The position numbers were made by a program, and so were the translations under genes. Positions 12,591 to 24,786 of a DNA stretch of 64,000 nucleotides are shown here, piece after piece (within the stretch, counting starts at the first letter, position 1; each line of letters begins with the position of its first letter). The notes below the pieces were generated by a model. It was not told where the DNA came from. It saw only the letters and a list, made by a program, of their open reading frames with translations, and did no database searches. The DNA comes from Eledone cirrhosa (lineage: Eukaryota), in NCBI GenBank assembly GCA_964016885.1, contig OZ024742.1, positions 50,034,001 through 50,098,000 on the forward strand, written 5' to 3'.

Positions 12591-13066
12591 TCACGAGAAG
12601 AAGAAAATAATAGGAGAAATAAAGAAAAATAAAATAAAAGACCGATCATAAGACCATCAATAAACGTGGATCGGCGGAAACATTTTTTAAAACTTTATCT
12701 CTTTTGGCATAAACCCTTGGTCCGGAAGGAAGTGGCAGCATGAAATAAACACTATTACAGCAGGACTCACAAACAACAATAACAATGATGTTGATAATAA
12801 TGCATCTAAGGCTACTGCTACTGGTGATGACGATGCTGCTGATGATGAGGAGGATGTTGATGAGGATGTTGACGATTAGCAGGGCGATGATGACGATTGT
12901 AATTAGGAGGATGAAGATCCTGGTGATGTTAATGAAGAAAATGATGAGCAGGAGGAGGGAATTGTGATAAGTACGCTTATATTCGCGATCTTAGTGAATC
13001 AAGATTGTGACTGCGATTGTTGTTGATATTATTATTATCATTATTATTATTATTATTATTATTATT

Positions 13067-13412
13067 GTTATTGTTATTCCTTGAATCTCAGTCATTGATG
13101 TTGGTTAACTGGAAAGTCCGTTGGATTGAATATCAAGGCACTACCTGCAGCCTCAGATATTCAGGACGTATCGGAGGGTTCTTGCCGTTCCAAGCAAGCA
13201 TGCCTTTTGAAGCGTTCCAAAAAGCGTGAAGGGGCCGATTTTCTTTAACCATCCCTGGAAACTTTTGGAGATAGTCCCCAGTGCGCCTATGACAATCGGG
13301 ATCACTTTGACTTCATGGCAGTTCCAAATCCTTTTCACCTCCCACTTTAGGTCCTGGTATCGGTTAATTTTCTCCCTCTCCTTCTCTTGCACTCTCGTGT
13401 CGAACGGGCAGG

Positions 13413-13413
<1 letters not shown>
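13067..13413 (-). mobile_element. 5'-truncated R4/Dong-like RLE element, family A1
   Basis: Near-identical to the 3' end of 14828-19693 and flanked by (TTA)n. Confidence 0.9.
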
Positions 13414-13467
<54 letters not shown>

Positions 13468-14795
13468 GTTCTTTGAGTCTCAGTCATTGATGTTAGTTAA
13501 CCGGAAAGTTTGTTGAAATGAATATCAAGCCACTACCTGCAGCCTCAGATATTCAGGACGGTCAGGTCTATTGTGTTCCAATTTCTTGTCCGTCTGTATC
13601 CTAAAATCCCACAGCACCTTCACCTGATCGTTTTCTATCACCGACTCTAGCTTATGCTCATACCACTTCTCAGAATGTGGTAAATAGTTTACTTTGCAAA
13701 CGTGCCAGTGGATCACCCTGCCCATCACATCATGTCTCCAGCCCTTATAGTGGGTCTGGGCTAGGTGTTTACACTCGGATACAATGTGAGCCACAGTCTC
13801 CTCTCTCTCTCCACAGATCCTGCACAGTGGGCTAGCCTCCTCCTTGTAAATATGGTGTTTCAACCACTTCGTTTTGCGGGCCTGCTCTTGCGCAGCCATT
13901 AACACTCCTTCTGTAGCCTTTTTAACGTCTCCTCTTTTCAACCAGTTCCATGTCTGTGGATCTCTGAATTCTGTTTTCTCAAAGAAGGTACTATGAAGGG
14001 ATTTTTCCTGACGGCTGCTCTTTCTCCTTGATGTTAGATTTCCTCAGACATAATGCTTGTCAACAGTTTCCACATTACGGACAGACATGTGATAGGTCTA
14101 TAGTTGGTAACATCATTACCCTTGATTCGGTCTTTTATTACCGGAACTGTCAACCAATCTGGTACCTCACCTGACATCAAGCAGTCATTGAAGATGGTTG
14201 TCAATTTCGGGTGGAGGGATGTTATATTTTAAATTCAATACCCCTGCACACCATCTGGGCCTGGTGATTTCCAGTTGGTTAGCTTTTTGGCCTGCCCCTT
14301 AAGAGTTTCAACTGTGATACTCAAATCAGTTTGTTGGTGTGCCTTTTCACTAATCTCCTTCTCTACTGTCTTAATCCACACTGCCTGGTCATTATGTTTA
14401 ACATCCTGTCCCATATTCCTCTCCAGAATGAAATTTCCGTTATCTGGCTGTTGTATTTAGTGTACACAGAGGAGTTATGGGGTAGGTGGTGTATCTAGTT
14501 TGTGGTGTTGGTGAAATTGCTGTTATTTGGCTGTTCTATATAGTGTAGACAGAGGGGGTTTTCTTCCATTTATAACCATTTTCTTTTTTGAATGTAAAAT
14601 GTATAATACAAAATTGAATATTTGAGCGATATAACAATATATTATGGATCCGAATTTTCCTGAGACTTGAGACTGGTGCTTATGCATCATTTGTACTAAG
14701 AATTGTTATTTCACAATTGATTTAAATATGTTAAAAATCAAAATCTTACGGGAGCGATTTCATGACCTTCTTTCCACCATGTGCGTCTTCTTGCC
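13468..14795 (-). mobile_element. Internally deleted, diverged R4/Dong-like element, subfamily A2, retaining both termini
   Basis: Contains 3' UTR, CRICGEREETVAHIVSEC, RT fragments and a 5' leader homologous to 19300-19693. Deletions at about 13560, 14035, 14146 and 14430. Confidence 0.85.
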
Positions 14796-14913
14796 TTATT
14801 ATTATTACTATTATTATTATTATTATTGTTATTGTTATTCCTTGAATCTCAGTCATTGATGTTGGTTAACTGGAAAGTCCGTTGGATTGAATATCAAGCC
14901 ACTACCTGCAGCC

Positions 14914-17900
14914 TCAGATATTCAGGACGTATCGGAGGGTTCTTGCCGTTCCAAGCAAGCATGCCTTTTGAAGCGTTCCAAAAAGCGTGAAGGGGCCGAT
15001 TTTCTTTAACCATCCCTGGAAACCTTTGGAGATAGTCCCCAGTGCGCCTATGACAATCGGGATCACTTTGACTTCATGGCAGTTCCAAATCCTTTTCACC
15101 TCCCACTTTAGGTCCTGGTATCGGTTAATTTTCTCCCTCTCCTTCTCTTGCACTCTTGTGTCGAACGGGCAGGCCACATCCACAATCAGGCACGATCTTT
15201 TTTCTTTGTCCACAACCACCAGGTCAGGTCTATTGTGTTCCAGTTTTTTGTCCGTCTGTATCCTAAAATCCCACAGCACCTTCACCTGACTGTTCTCCAT
15301 CACCGCCTCTGGCCTATGCTCATACTATTTCTCAGAATGTGGTAGATTGTTTACTTTGCACAGGTGCCAGTGGATCACCCTGCCCATCACATCGTGTCTC
15401 CAGCCCTTATAGTGGGTCTGGGCTAGGTGTTTACACTCGGACACAATGTGAGCCACAGTCTCCTCTCTCTCTCCACAGATCCTGCACAGTGGGCTAGCCT
15501 CCTCCTTGTAGATATGGTGCTTCAACCACTTCGTTTTGAGGGCCTGCTCCTGCGCAGCCATTAGCATTCCTTCGGTAGCCTTTTTGAGGTCTCCTCTTCT
15601 CAACCAGTTCCATGTCTGTGGATCTCTAAATTCAGTTTTCTCAAAGAAGGTACTATGAAGGGATTTTCCCTTAAGGCTGCTCTTCCTCCTTGATGTTATT
15701 TCCTCCTTGGGTATCCCCTGGCCTACTGTCCCCTCCTTCAGTACAGCTCTGAGCATTGGCTCCTTACTATAGGTCACGTATTTGTATAGGTTGTTTTTCT
15801 CCATCTGAACACAGTCCTCTATGCTGATAAGACCTCTTCCACCCTCAGATCTCCTTAGGTAGAGTCTATCGACATCACTCCTCTTGTGGAACATGTTGTA
15901 GATAGTCAATAGCTTCCTAGTCTTCCTATCCATTTCTTTTTGTTCAGCAACATTCCATCTCAGAATTCCCGCACTGTACCTAATAATAGACACACCTCGG
16001 GAATTTACTGCGCTTATGGCATTTCTGCTGTTCAGATGTGACTTCAATACGCTCCTTACTCTCCGAATGTATTCAGTTCTTAACAATTCCTTCATTTTAT
16101 TGTTCTTTATGCCATCAGCCTCCAGAACGCCCAAATACTTGTATCCTTCCTCAGAGTCAATTTCCTTTATCATCTCACCTGTTGGTATCTGGATCCCGTT
16201 ACTTCTGCTCAACCTACCCCTCCTCATCACAATGACTCCACATTTACCAATACCAAACTGCATACATATATCACTGCTGAAAATACGGACAGTGTCAACA
16301 AGCACATCCAACTCCTTCTCACTTTTCCCGAAGAGCTTAAGATCGTCCATGAAGAGGAGGTGATTGATGGTAAGCTCTCCCCTTCCCAACTTGTATCCTG
16401 CTCTCACTTTTCGCAGCATAATGGTCAAGGGCATCAGGGCAAGGACAAACAACAGAGGAGACAGGCTATCTCCCTGGAAGATACCTCTCTTGATCTTCAC
16501 GCTTCCCAAGGATACTCCAGTTGATGTCAACTCTGTCTCCCAGGACCCCATACTCCTGCCCAGCATCTGTCTGATGTTATCTGCCACCCTGAAGATCTCC
16601 AGGCTTTTGGTGATCCAGGAATGAGGCACCATGTCAAATGCCTTTCTGTAGTCTATCCATCCCATGGCAAGATCAGTGTGTCTCCTCCTGCAATTCCCCA
16701 TTACCATCTTATCAATAAGCAACTGGTCCTTTGTACCACGTGACTTCTTTCGGCATCCTTTCTGTTCGTCCGGCAACAAGTTGTTTGTGTGGAGGTGATG
16801 GTAGATTTCCTCAGACACAATGCTCGTCAACAGTTTCCACATTACGGGCAGACATGTGATAGGTCTATAGTTGGTAACATCATTACCCTTGATTCGGTCT
16901 TTCATTATCAGAACTGTGGTACCTTTTGTCAACCACTCTGGCACCTCACCCGACACCAAGCAGTCATTGAACATGGCCGTCAGCTTCGGATGGAGGGATG
17001 TTAAATGTTTAATCCAATACCCCTGCACACCATCTGGGCCTGGTGATTTCCAGTTGGTTAGTTTTTTGGTTTGCCCCTTAAGAGTTTCAACTGTGATACT
17101 CAAATCAGTCTGTTGCTGTGCCTGCTCACCGATCTCCCTCTGTACTGTCTCAATCCACCCTGCCTGGGCATTGTGTCTAACATCCTGCTCCCATATTCCT
17201 CTCCAGAATGTTTTAGCTTGTTCCGCCCCAGGGTTCAAGTCGTTGCCTCTTTCTTTCCCCTCAAGCTGTCCAAACAGCATCTTCTGGTTGTTGTCGAACA
17301 TGCGGTTCTGTTTATACTGACTGACTCTGTTCTCGTATCGCCTGATTTTGGCACTCTTTGCTACAATGCGTTGCTTCAATTCCTCTATGATAATATTTAG
17401 CTTTTTACTCCTAGTTTTGTATTTTATTTCCAGTCTATTTTTAGTGCCTATGTTTTTTAGTGTCCCATTCAGTAGTGACTCAAGCTTTCCTATGTCATTT
17501 CTCATTTCCCCGATTTGCCCACTCAGTCGCTTCTTCCACCACGGCTCTGCTCTTTCTTGTCTGTTGTTTCCTCTCGCTTTTATACCAAGTAGTTTCCTCA
17601 CCGTATTTGCTGTTGCTTTGAGGATATTGTTGCACTGGTGAAGACTCCTCGCCTCAAGGTATGGGATGACTTTGTTTACCTTAGCTGTTGTTTCTTTTAA
17701 CTTTTTCCTGTCTACAAATCTTAGGTTCATAGGTCTCCCACTATCATTGTTCAACTCATCTACCACTAAATTTAGGATGTCAACCGAATCTTGTCCTAGC
17801 CCGTCAGCATTCATCTCCTCAGTGGCCGTATCTCTGTTCCAGGTATTATTTATCTCAGTATTCAGATCATTGCCTGCTTCGGGTGGTTCCTCCGTTCTCA

Positions 17901-18307
17901 GGACCTCCTCACCTTCATTTCCCGCCGGCTCGCTTGTCTGGCATACTACACCCGCCATCTCCAAGCCATTCTCTCTGCTCAGTTCCTCCAGTTCCAGCTC
18001 GCTTATCCACCCATTAGTTCTTATTACCCGAGCCTGCCCGGCCAATTTTTGTTCATCTAATTTAAATAAACCAATCTCGTTCCAGATGTTATGCATCCGT
18101 CTCCTGTAGCCCCCTCTCCTTGGGGTTACTTTTCAGGTAGCATTGCATAACAGTTCTATTCAATTCTTTCGTCCAGTTGGTTCTGGCCCCTTTCCTTCTT
18201 CTTCTTCCTCCAACATCAGCAGTATTTGGTTGACAGTCAGGTTCCTGCTGCTGAGCCAGGGGGCACCTGTTGGGTGAGAGTCTGTCACATGACGTTCTAG
18301 TCTCCAT
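14914..18307 (-). pseudogene. RT-RLE ORF of copy 1, with a +1 frameshift at about 18110 and a TGG>TAG stop at 15325
   Basis: ORFs 18089-18307, 15325-18096 and 14914-15303 join into one protein. Copy 2 has Trp where copy 1 has the stop. Confidence 0.9.
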
Positions 18308-18885
18308 TTCACCGTTATTCGAACTGTTTATGTTCGATATTTAAACACTCTTATCGAGGATTGGCGAATGTATGTTTACATAGCCATCTGTGGATCCGCC
18401 ATCCCACTTGGCCCTTGTGTGGCATTATCACCACGCTGTATACGAACACACATAAACAAACAAACACACGGGCAGAAAGGGCCCCAAAAATGAATAAGCA
18501 TAAGTTTCATTGTAATGTAGTATTCGAATGTCTGACTTAGTTTTTGTTTTTTAAGTTTTACTTTTCCCCCCCTCTTCTCTGTCCGTCCGCTTGCTTCTCT
18601 CTTCATTCTTATTTTCTTTACGTTTTTGGGGTTTCTTTTTTTGTTTTTGTTTTTCTCTGTTTGTTTTTCTCGTTTTTTGCTGTTGTTGCTGTGCTGCTTT
18701 GGTTTTGTTGTTTGTTTTTTCTTTTTTCTTTTGAGTCTATCTATATATTTTGATGCCTTCCTCTTTGTTAGTAGTAGAAATTCTATAATGTGGAAGTGGC
18801 AGCCAGCAGAGACTGGCGGCGTTGGCGATACTGAGACAGTGGTGGTGGTGATGTCGATACCGAGGCAGTGGTGGCGGTGATGCGA

Positions 18886-19527
18886 CCGTAGTACTGTAGT
18901 GATGGTGCTGTAGCGGTGGCAGCAGCAGTGAAGGAGTCAGGGGGTGGTGGCGGCGGTGATGGGATAGTGGTGGTAATGATGGCCGTAGTGAGCGGTGGCG
19001 GTGAAGGTGAAAATGCTGTTGTGTTTAGTGTACACAGATGATGGGGTGGGTGGTGTATCTAGTTTCTGGTGTTGGTGAGTTTAGCTGTCCTATATAGTGT
19101 AGCCAGAGGAGAGGAGGGGGGGTTCTTCTTCTTCCATTTATAGCCATTTTATTTTTTTTTGGATATACAGTGTACAATACAAAGTTGAATATTTGAATAT
19201 TTGAGCCGTATTACTGTAGTGATGGTGCTGTAGCGGTGGCAGCAGCAGTGAAGGAGTCAAGGGGTGGTGGCGGCGGTGATGGGATAGTGGTGGTAATGAT
19301 GGCCGTAGTGAGCGGTGGCGGTGAAGGTGAAAATGCTGTTGTGTTTAGTGTACACAGATGATGGGGTGGGTGGTGTATCAAGTTTCTGGTGTTGGTGAGT
19401 TTAGCTGTCCTATATAGTGTAGCCAGAGGAGAGGAGGGGGGGGGGGGTTCTTCTTCTTCCATTTATAGCCATTTTTTTTTGGATATACAGTGTACAATAC
19501 AAAGTTGAATATTTGAATATTTGAGCC
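18886..19527. repeat. About 320-bp tandem duplication in the 5' leader of copy 1 only
   Basis: CCGTA(G/T)TACTGTAGTGATGG... occurs at about 18885 and 19206. Copy 2 has a single unit (23814-24135). Confidence 0.9.
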
Positions 19528-19693
19528 TTATAACAATATATTTTGGGTCCGAATTTTTTGGGGGCTCAAGCCGGGTGCTTTACGTAGCATTTGTACTAAG
19601 AGTTGTTATTTCACAAATGATTTAAATATGTTAAAAATTCAAAACTTACGGGAGCGATTTCATGACCTCCGTCACCTCGTGCGTCTTCTTCCC

Positions 19694-19729
<36 letters not shown>

Positions 19730-19756
19730 GTTATTATTATTATTATTATTATTATT

Positions 19757-22700
19757 GTTATTGTTATTCCTTGAATCTCAGTCATTGATGTTGGTTAACT
19801 GGAAAGTCCGTTGGATTGAATATCAAGCCACTACCTGCAGCCTCAGATATTCAGGACGTATCGGAGGGTTCTTGCTGTTCCAAGCAAGCATGCCTTTTGA
19901 AGCGTTCCAAAAAGCGTGAAGGGGCCGATTTTCTTTAACCATCCCTGGAAACCTTTGGAGATAGTCCCCAGTGCGCCTATGACAATCGGGATCACTTTGA
20001 CTTCATGGCAGTTCCAAATCCTTTTCACCTCCCACTTTAGGTCCTGGTATCGGTTAATTTTCTCCCTCTCCTTCTCTTGCACTCTCGTGTCGAACGGGCA
20101 GGCCACATCCACAATCAGGCACGATCTTTTTTCTTTGTCCACAACCACCAGGTCAGGTCTATTGTGTTCCAGTTTTTTGTCCGTCTGTATCCTAAAATCC
20201 CACAGCACCTTCACCTGACTGTTCTCCATCACCGCCTCTGGCCTATGCTCATACCATTTCTCAGAATGTGGTAGATTGTTTACTTTGCACAGGTGCCAGT
20301 GGATCACCCTGCCCATCACATCGTGTCTCCAGCCCTTATAGTGGGTCTGGGCTAGGTGTTTACACTCGGACACAATGTGAGCCACAGTCTCCTCTCTCTC
20401 TCCACAGATCCTGCACAGTGGGCTAGCCTCCTCCTTGTAGATATGGTGCTTCAACCACTTCGTTTTGAGGGCCTGCTCCTGCGCAGCCATTAGCATTCCT
20501 TCTGTAGCCTTTTTGAGGTCTCCTCTTCTCAACCAGTTCCATGTCTGTGGATCTCTAAATTCAGTTTTCTCAAAGAAGGTACTATGAAGGGATTTTCCCT
20601 TAAGGCTGCTCTTCCTCCTTGATGTTATTTCCTCCTTGGATATCCCCTGGCCTACTGTCCCCTCCTTCAGTACAGCTCTGAGCATTGGCTCCTTACTATA
20701 GGTCACGTATTTGTATAGGTTGTTTTTCTCCATCTGAACACAGTCCTCTATGCTGATAAGACCTCTTCCACCCTCAGATCTCCTTAGGTAGAGTCTATCG
20801 ACATCACTCCTCTTGTGGAACATGTTGTAGATAGTCAATATCTTCCTAGTCTTCCTATCCATTTCTTTTTGTTCAGCAACATTCCATCTCAGAATTCCCG
20901 CACTGTACCTAATAATAGACACAGCTCGGGAATTTACTGCGCTTATAGCATTTCTGCTGTTCAGATGTGACTTCAATACGCTCCTTACTCTCCGAATGTA
21001 TTCAGTTTTAACAATTCCTTCATTTATTTGTTCTTTATGCCATCAGCCTCCAGAACGCCCAAATACTTGTATCCTTCCTCAGAGTCAATTTCCTTTATCA
21101 TCTCACCTGTTGGTATCTGGATCCCGTTACTTCTGCTCAACCTACCCCTCTTCATCACAATGACTCCACATTTACCAATACCAAACTGCATACATATATC
21201 ACTGCTGAAAATACGGACAGTGTCAACAAGCACATCCAACTCATTCTCACTTTTCCCGAAGAGCTTAAGATCGTCCATGAAGAGGAGGTGATTGATGGTA
21301 AGCTCTCCCCTTCCTAACTTGTATCCTGCTCTCACTTTTCGCAGCATAATGGTCAAGGGCATCAGGGCAAGGACAAACAACAGAGGGGACAGGCTATCTC
21401 CCTGGAAGATACCTCTCTTGATCTTCACGCTTCCCAAGGATACTCCAGTTGATGTCAACTCTGTCTCCCAGGACCCCATACTCCTGTCCAGCAACTGTCT
21501 GATGTTATCTGCCACCCTGAAGATCTCCAGGCTTTTGGTGATCCAGGAATGAGGCACCATGTCAAATGCCTTTCTGTAGTCTATCCATCCCATGGCAAGA
21601 TCAGTGTGTCTCCTCCTGCAATTCCCCATTACCATCTTATCAATAAGCAACTGGTCCTTTGTACCACGTGACTTCTTTCGGCATCCTTTCTGTTCGTCCG
21701 GCAACAAGTTGTTTGTGTGGAGGTGATGGTAGATTTCCTCAGACACAATGCTCGTCAACAGTTTCCACATTACGGGCAGACATGTGATAGGTCTATAGTT
21801 GGTAACATCATTACCCTTGATTCGGTCTTTCATTATCAGAACTGTGGTACCTTTTGTCAACCACTCTGGCACCTCACCCGACACCAAGCAGTCATTGAAC
21901 ATGGCCGTCAGCTTCGGATGGAGGGATGTTAAATGTTTAATCCAATACCCCTGCACACCATCTGGGCCTGGTGATTTCCAGTTGGTTAGTTTTTTGGTTT
22001 GCCCCTTAAGAGTTTCAACTGTGATACTCAAATCAGTCTGTTGCTGTGCCTGCTCACCGATCTCCCTCTGTACTGTCTCAATCCACCCTGCCTGGGCATT
22101 GTGTCTAACATCCTGCTCCCATATTCCTCTCCAGAATGTTTTAGCTTGTTCCGCCCCAGGGATCAAGTCGTTGCCTCTTTCTTTCCCCTCAAGCTGTCCA
22201 AACAGCATCTTCTGGTTGTTGTCGAACATGCGGTTCTGTTTATACTGACTGACTCTGTTCTCGTATCGCCTGATTTTGGCACTCTTTGCTACAATGCGTT
22301 GCTTCAATTCCTCTATGATAATATTTAGCTTTTTACTCCTAGTTTTGTATTTTATTTCCAGTCTATTTTTAGTGCCTATGTTTTTTAGTGTCCCATTCAG
22401 TAGTGACTCAAGCTTTCCTATGTCATTTCTCATTTCCCCGATTTGCCCACTCAGTCGCTTCTTCCACCACGGCTCTGCTCTTTCTTGTCTGTTGTTTCCT
22501 CTCGCTTTTATACCAAGTAGTTTCCTCACCGTATTTGCTGTTGCTTTGAGGATATTGTTGCACTGGTGAAGACTCCTCGCCTCAAGGTATGGGATGACTT
22601 TGTTTACCTTAGCTGTTGTTTCTTTTAACTTTTTCCTGTCTACAAATCTTAGGTTCATAGGTCTCCCACTATCATTGTTCAACTCATCTACCACTAAATT

Positions 22701-24301
22701 TAGGATGTCAACCGAATCTTGTCCTAGCCCGTCAGCATTCATCTCCTCAGTGGCCGTATCTCTGTTCCAGGTATTATTTATCTCAGTATTCAGATCATTG
22801 CCTGCTTCGGGTGGTTCCTCCGTTCTCAGGACCTCCTCACCTTCATTTCCCGCCGGCTCGCTTGTCTGGCATACTACACCCGCCATCTCCAAGCCATTCT
22901 CTCTGCTCAGTTCCTCCAGTTCCAGCTCGCTTATCCACCCATTAGTTCTTATTACCCGAGCCTGCCCGGCCAATTTTTGTTCATCTAATTTAAATAAACC
23001 AATCTCGTTCCAGATGTTATGCATCCGTCTCCTGTAGCCCCCTCTCCTTGGGGTTACTTTTCAGGTAGCATTGCATAACAGTTCTATTCAATTCTTTCGT
23101 CCAGTTGGTTCTGGCCCCTTTCCTTCTTCTTCTTCCTCCAACATCAGCAGTATTTGGTTGACAGTCAGGTTCCTGCTGCTGAGCCAGGGGGCACCTGTTG
23201 GGTGAGAGTCTGTCACATGACGTTCTAGTCTCCATTTCACCGTTATTCGAACTGTTTATGTTCGATATTTAAACACTCTTATCGAGGATTGGCGAATGTA
23301 TGTTTACATAGCCATCTGTGGATCCGCCATCCCACTTGGCCCTTGTGTGGCATTATCACCACGCTGTATACGAACACACATAAACAAACAAACACACGGG
23401 CAGAAAGGGCCCCAAAAATGAATAAGCATAAGTTTCATTGTAATGTAGTATTCGAATGTCTGACTTAGTTTTTGTTTTTTAAGTTTTACTTTCCCCCCCC
23501 TCTTCTCTGTCCGTCCGCTTGCTTCTCTCTTCATTCTTATTTTCTTTACGTTTTTGGGGTTTCTTTTTTTGTTTTTGTTTTTCTCTGTTTGTTTTTCTCG
23601 TTTTTTGCTGTTGTTGCTGTGCTGCTTTGGTTTTGTTGTTTGTTTTTTCTTTTTTCTTTTGAGTCTATCTATATATTTTGATGCCTTCCTCTTTGTTAGT
23701 AGTAGAAATTCTATAATGTGGAAGTGGCAGCCAGCAGAGACTGGCGGCGTTGGCGATACTGAGACAGTGGTGGTGGTGATGTCGATACCGAGGCAGTGGT
23801 GGCGGTGATGCGACCGTATTACTGTAGTGATGGTGCTGTAGCGGTGGCAGCAGCAGTGAAGGAGTCAAGGGGTGGTGGCGGCGGTGATGGGATAGTGGTG
23901 GTAATGATGGCCGTAGTGAGCGGTGGCGGTGAAGGTGAAAATGCTGTTGTGTTTAGTGTACACAGATGATGGGGTGGGTGGTGTATCTAGTTTCTGGTGT
24001 TGGTGAGTTTAGCTGTCCTATATAGTGTAGCCAGAGGAGAGGAGAGGGGGGGGGTTCTTCTTCTTCCATTTATAGCCATTTTTTTTTTTGGATATACAGT
24101 GTACAATACAAAGTTGAATATTTGAATATTTGAGCCTTATAACAATATATTTTGGGTCCGAATTTTTGGGGGCTCAAGCCGGGTGCTTTACGTAGCATTT
24201 GTACTAAGAGTTGTTATTTCACAAATGATTTAAATATGTTAAAAATTCAAAACTTACGGGAGCGATTTCATGACCTCCGTCACCTCGTGCGTCTTCTTCC
24301 C
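19757..24301 (-). mobile_element. Full-length R4/Dong-like RLE element, family A1, copy 2 (tandem with copy 1)
   Basis: Nearly identical to copy 1 along its whole length, separated from it by (TTA)n at 19694-19756. Confidence 0.95.
19843..23235 (-). pseudogene. RT-RLE ORF of copy 2, with the shared +1 frameshift at about 23040 and a private lesion at about 21005-21030
   Basis: ORFs 23017-23235, 21024-23024 and 19843-20976. CAGTTTTAAC here versus CAGTTCTTAAC in copy 1. Confidence 0.9.
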
Positions 24302-24303
24302 TA

Positions 24304-24336
<33 letters not shown>

Positions 24337-24722
24337 GTTATTGTTATTCCTTGAATCTCAGTCATTGATGTTGGTTAACTGGAAAGTCCGTTGGATTGAA
24401 TATCAAGCCACTACCTGTAGCCTCAGATATTCAGGACGTATCGGAGGGTTCTTGCTGTTCCAAGCAAGCATGCCTTTTGAAGCGTTCCAAAAAGCGTGAA
24501 GGGGCCGATTTTCTTTAACCATCCCTGGAAAACTTTGGAGATAGTCCCCAGTGCGCCTATGACAATCGGGATCACTTTGACTTCATGGCAGTTCCAAATC
24601 CTTTTCACCTCCCACTTTAGGTCCTGGTATCGGTTAATTTTCTCCCTCTCCTTCTCTTGCACTCTCGTGTCGAACGGGCAGGCCACATCCACAATCAGGC
24701 ACGATCTTTTTTCTTTGTCCAC
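24337..24722 (-). mobile_element. 5'-truncated family A1 RLE element
   Basis: RLE C-terminus plus 3' UTR, with (TTA)n on both sides. Confidence 0.9.

Positions 24723-24786
<64 letters not shown>

Larger units (their letters stand above)
14828..19693 (-). mobile_element. Full-length R4/Dong-like RLE non-LTR retrotransposon, family A1, copy 1
   Basis: Single ORF with RT motifs (KSPGPDG, YRPITCL, IDYRKAFDMVPH, GIFQGDSLSPLLF, FMDDL, YKYLG), CCHC knuckle (CRICGEREETVAHIVSEC) and PD-(D/E)XK endonuclease (RPDLVVVD...IVDVACP...EK..RY). Flanked by (TAA)n on the sense strand. Confidence 0.95.

Noticed and set aside
12785-12967. Met/Asp-rich ORF; also (CAC)n-like 5290-5490 and (GAT/GGT)n 25500-25580
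   Set aside because: Degenerate trinucleotide repeats with no domain or splice support.
18340-18430. HDV-like ribozyme in the RLE 5' region (ATCCTCGAT resembles an L3 loop)
   Set aside because: P1, P2 and P1.1 pairings could not be assembled by eye.
14987-23037. Numerous plus-strand ORFs overlapping the RLE elements
   Set aside because: Antisense shadows of the RT ORF. They recur only because the element is duplicated.
13020-24785. CRISPR-like repeat-spacer pattern of (TTA)n separated by inserts
   Set aside because: Eukaryotic context, the repeats are simple microsatellites, the inserts are retrotransposons, and there are no cas genes.
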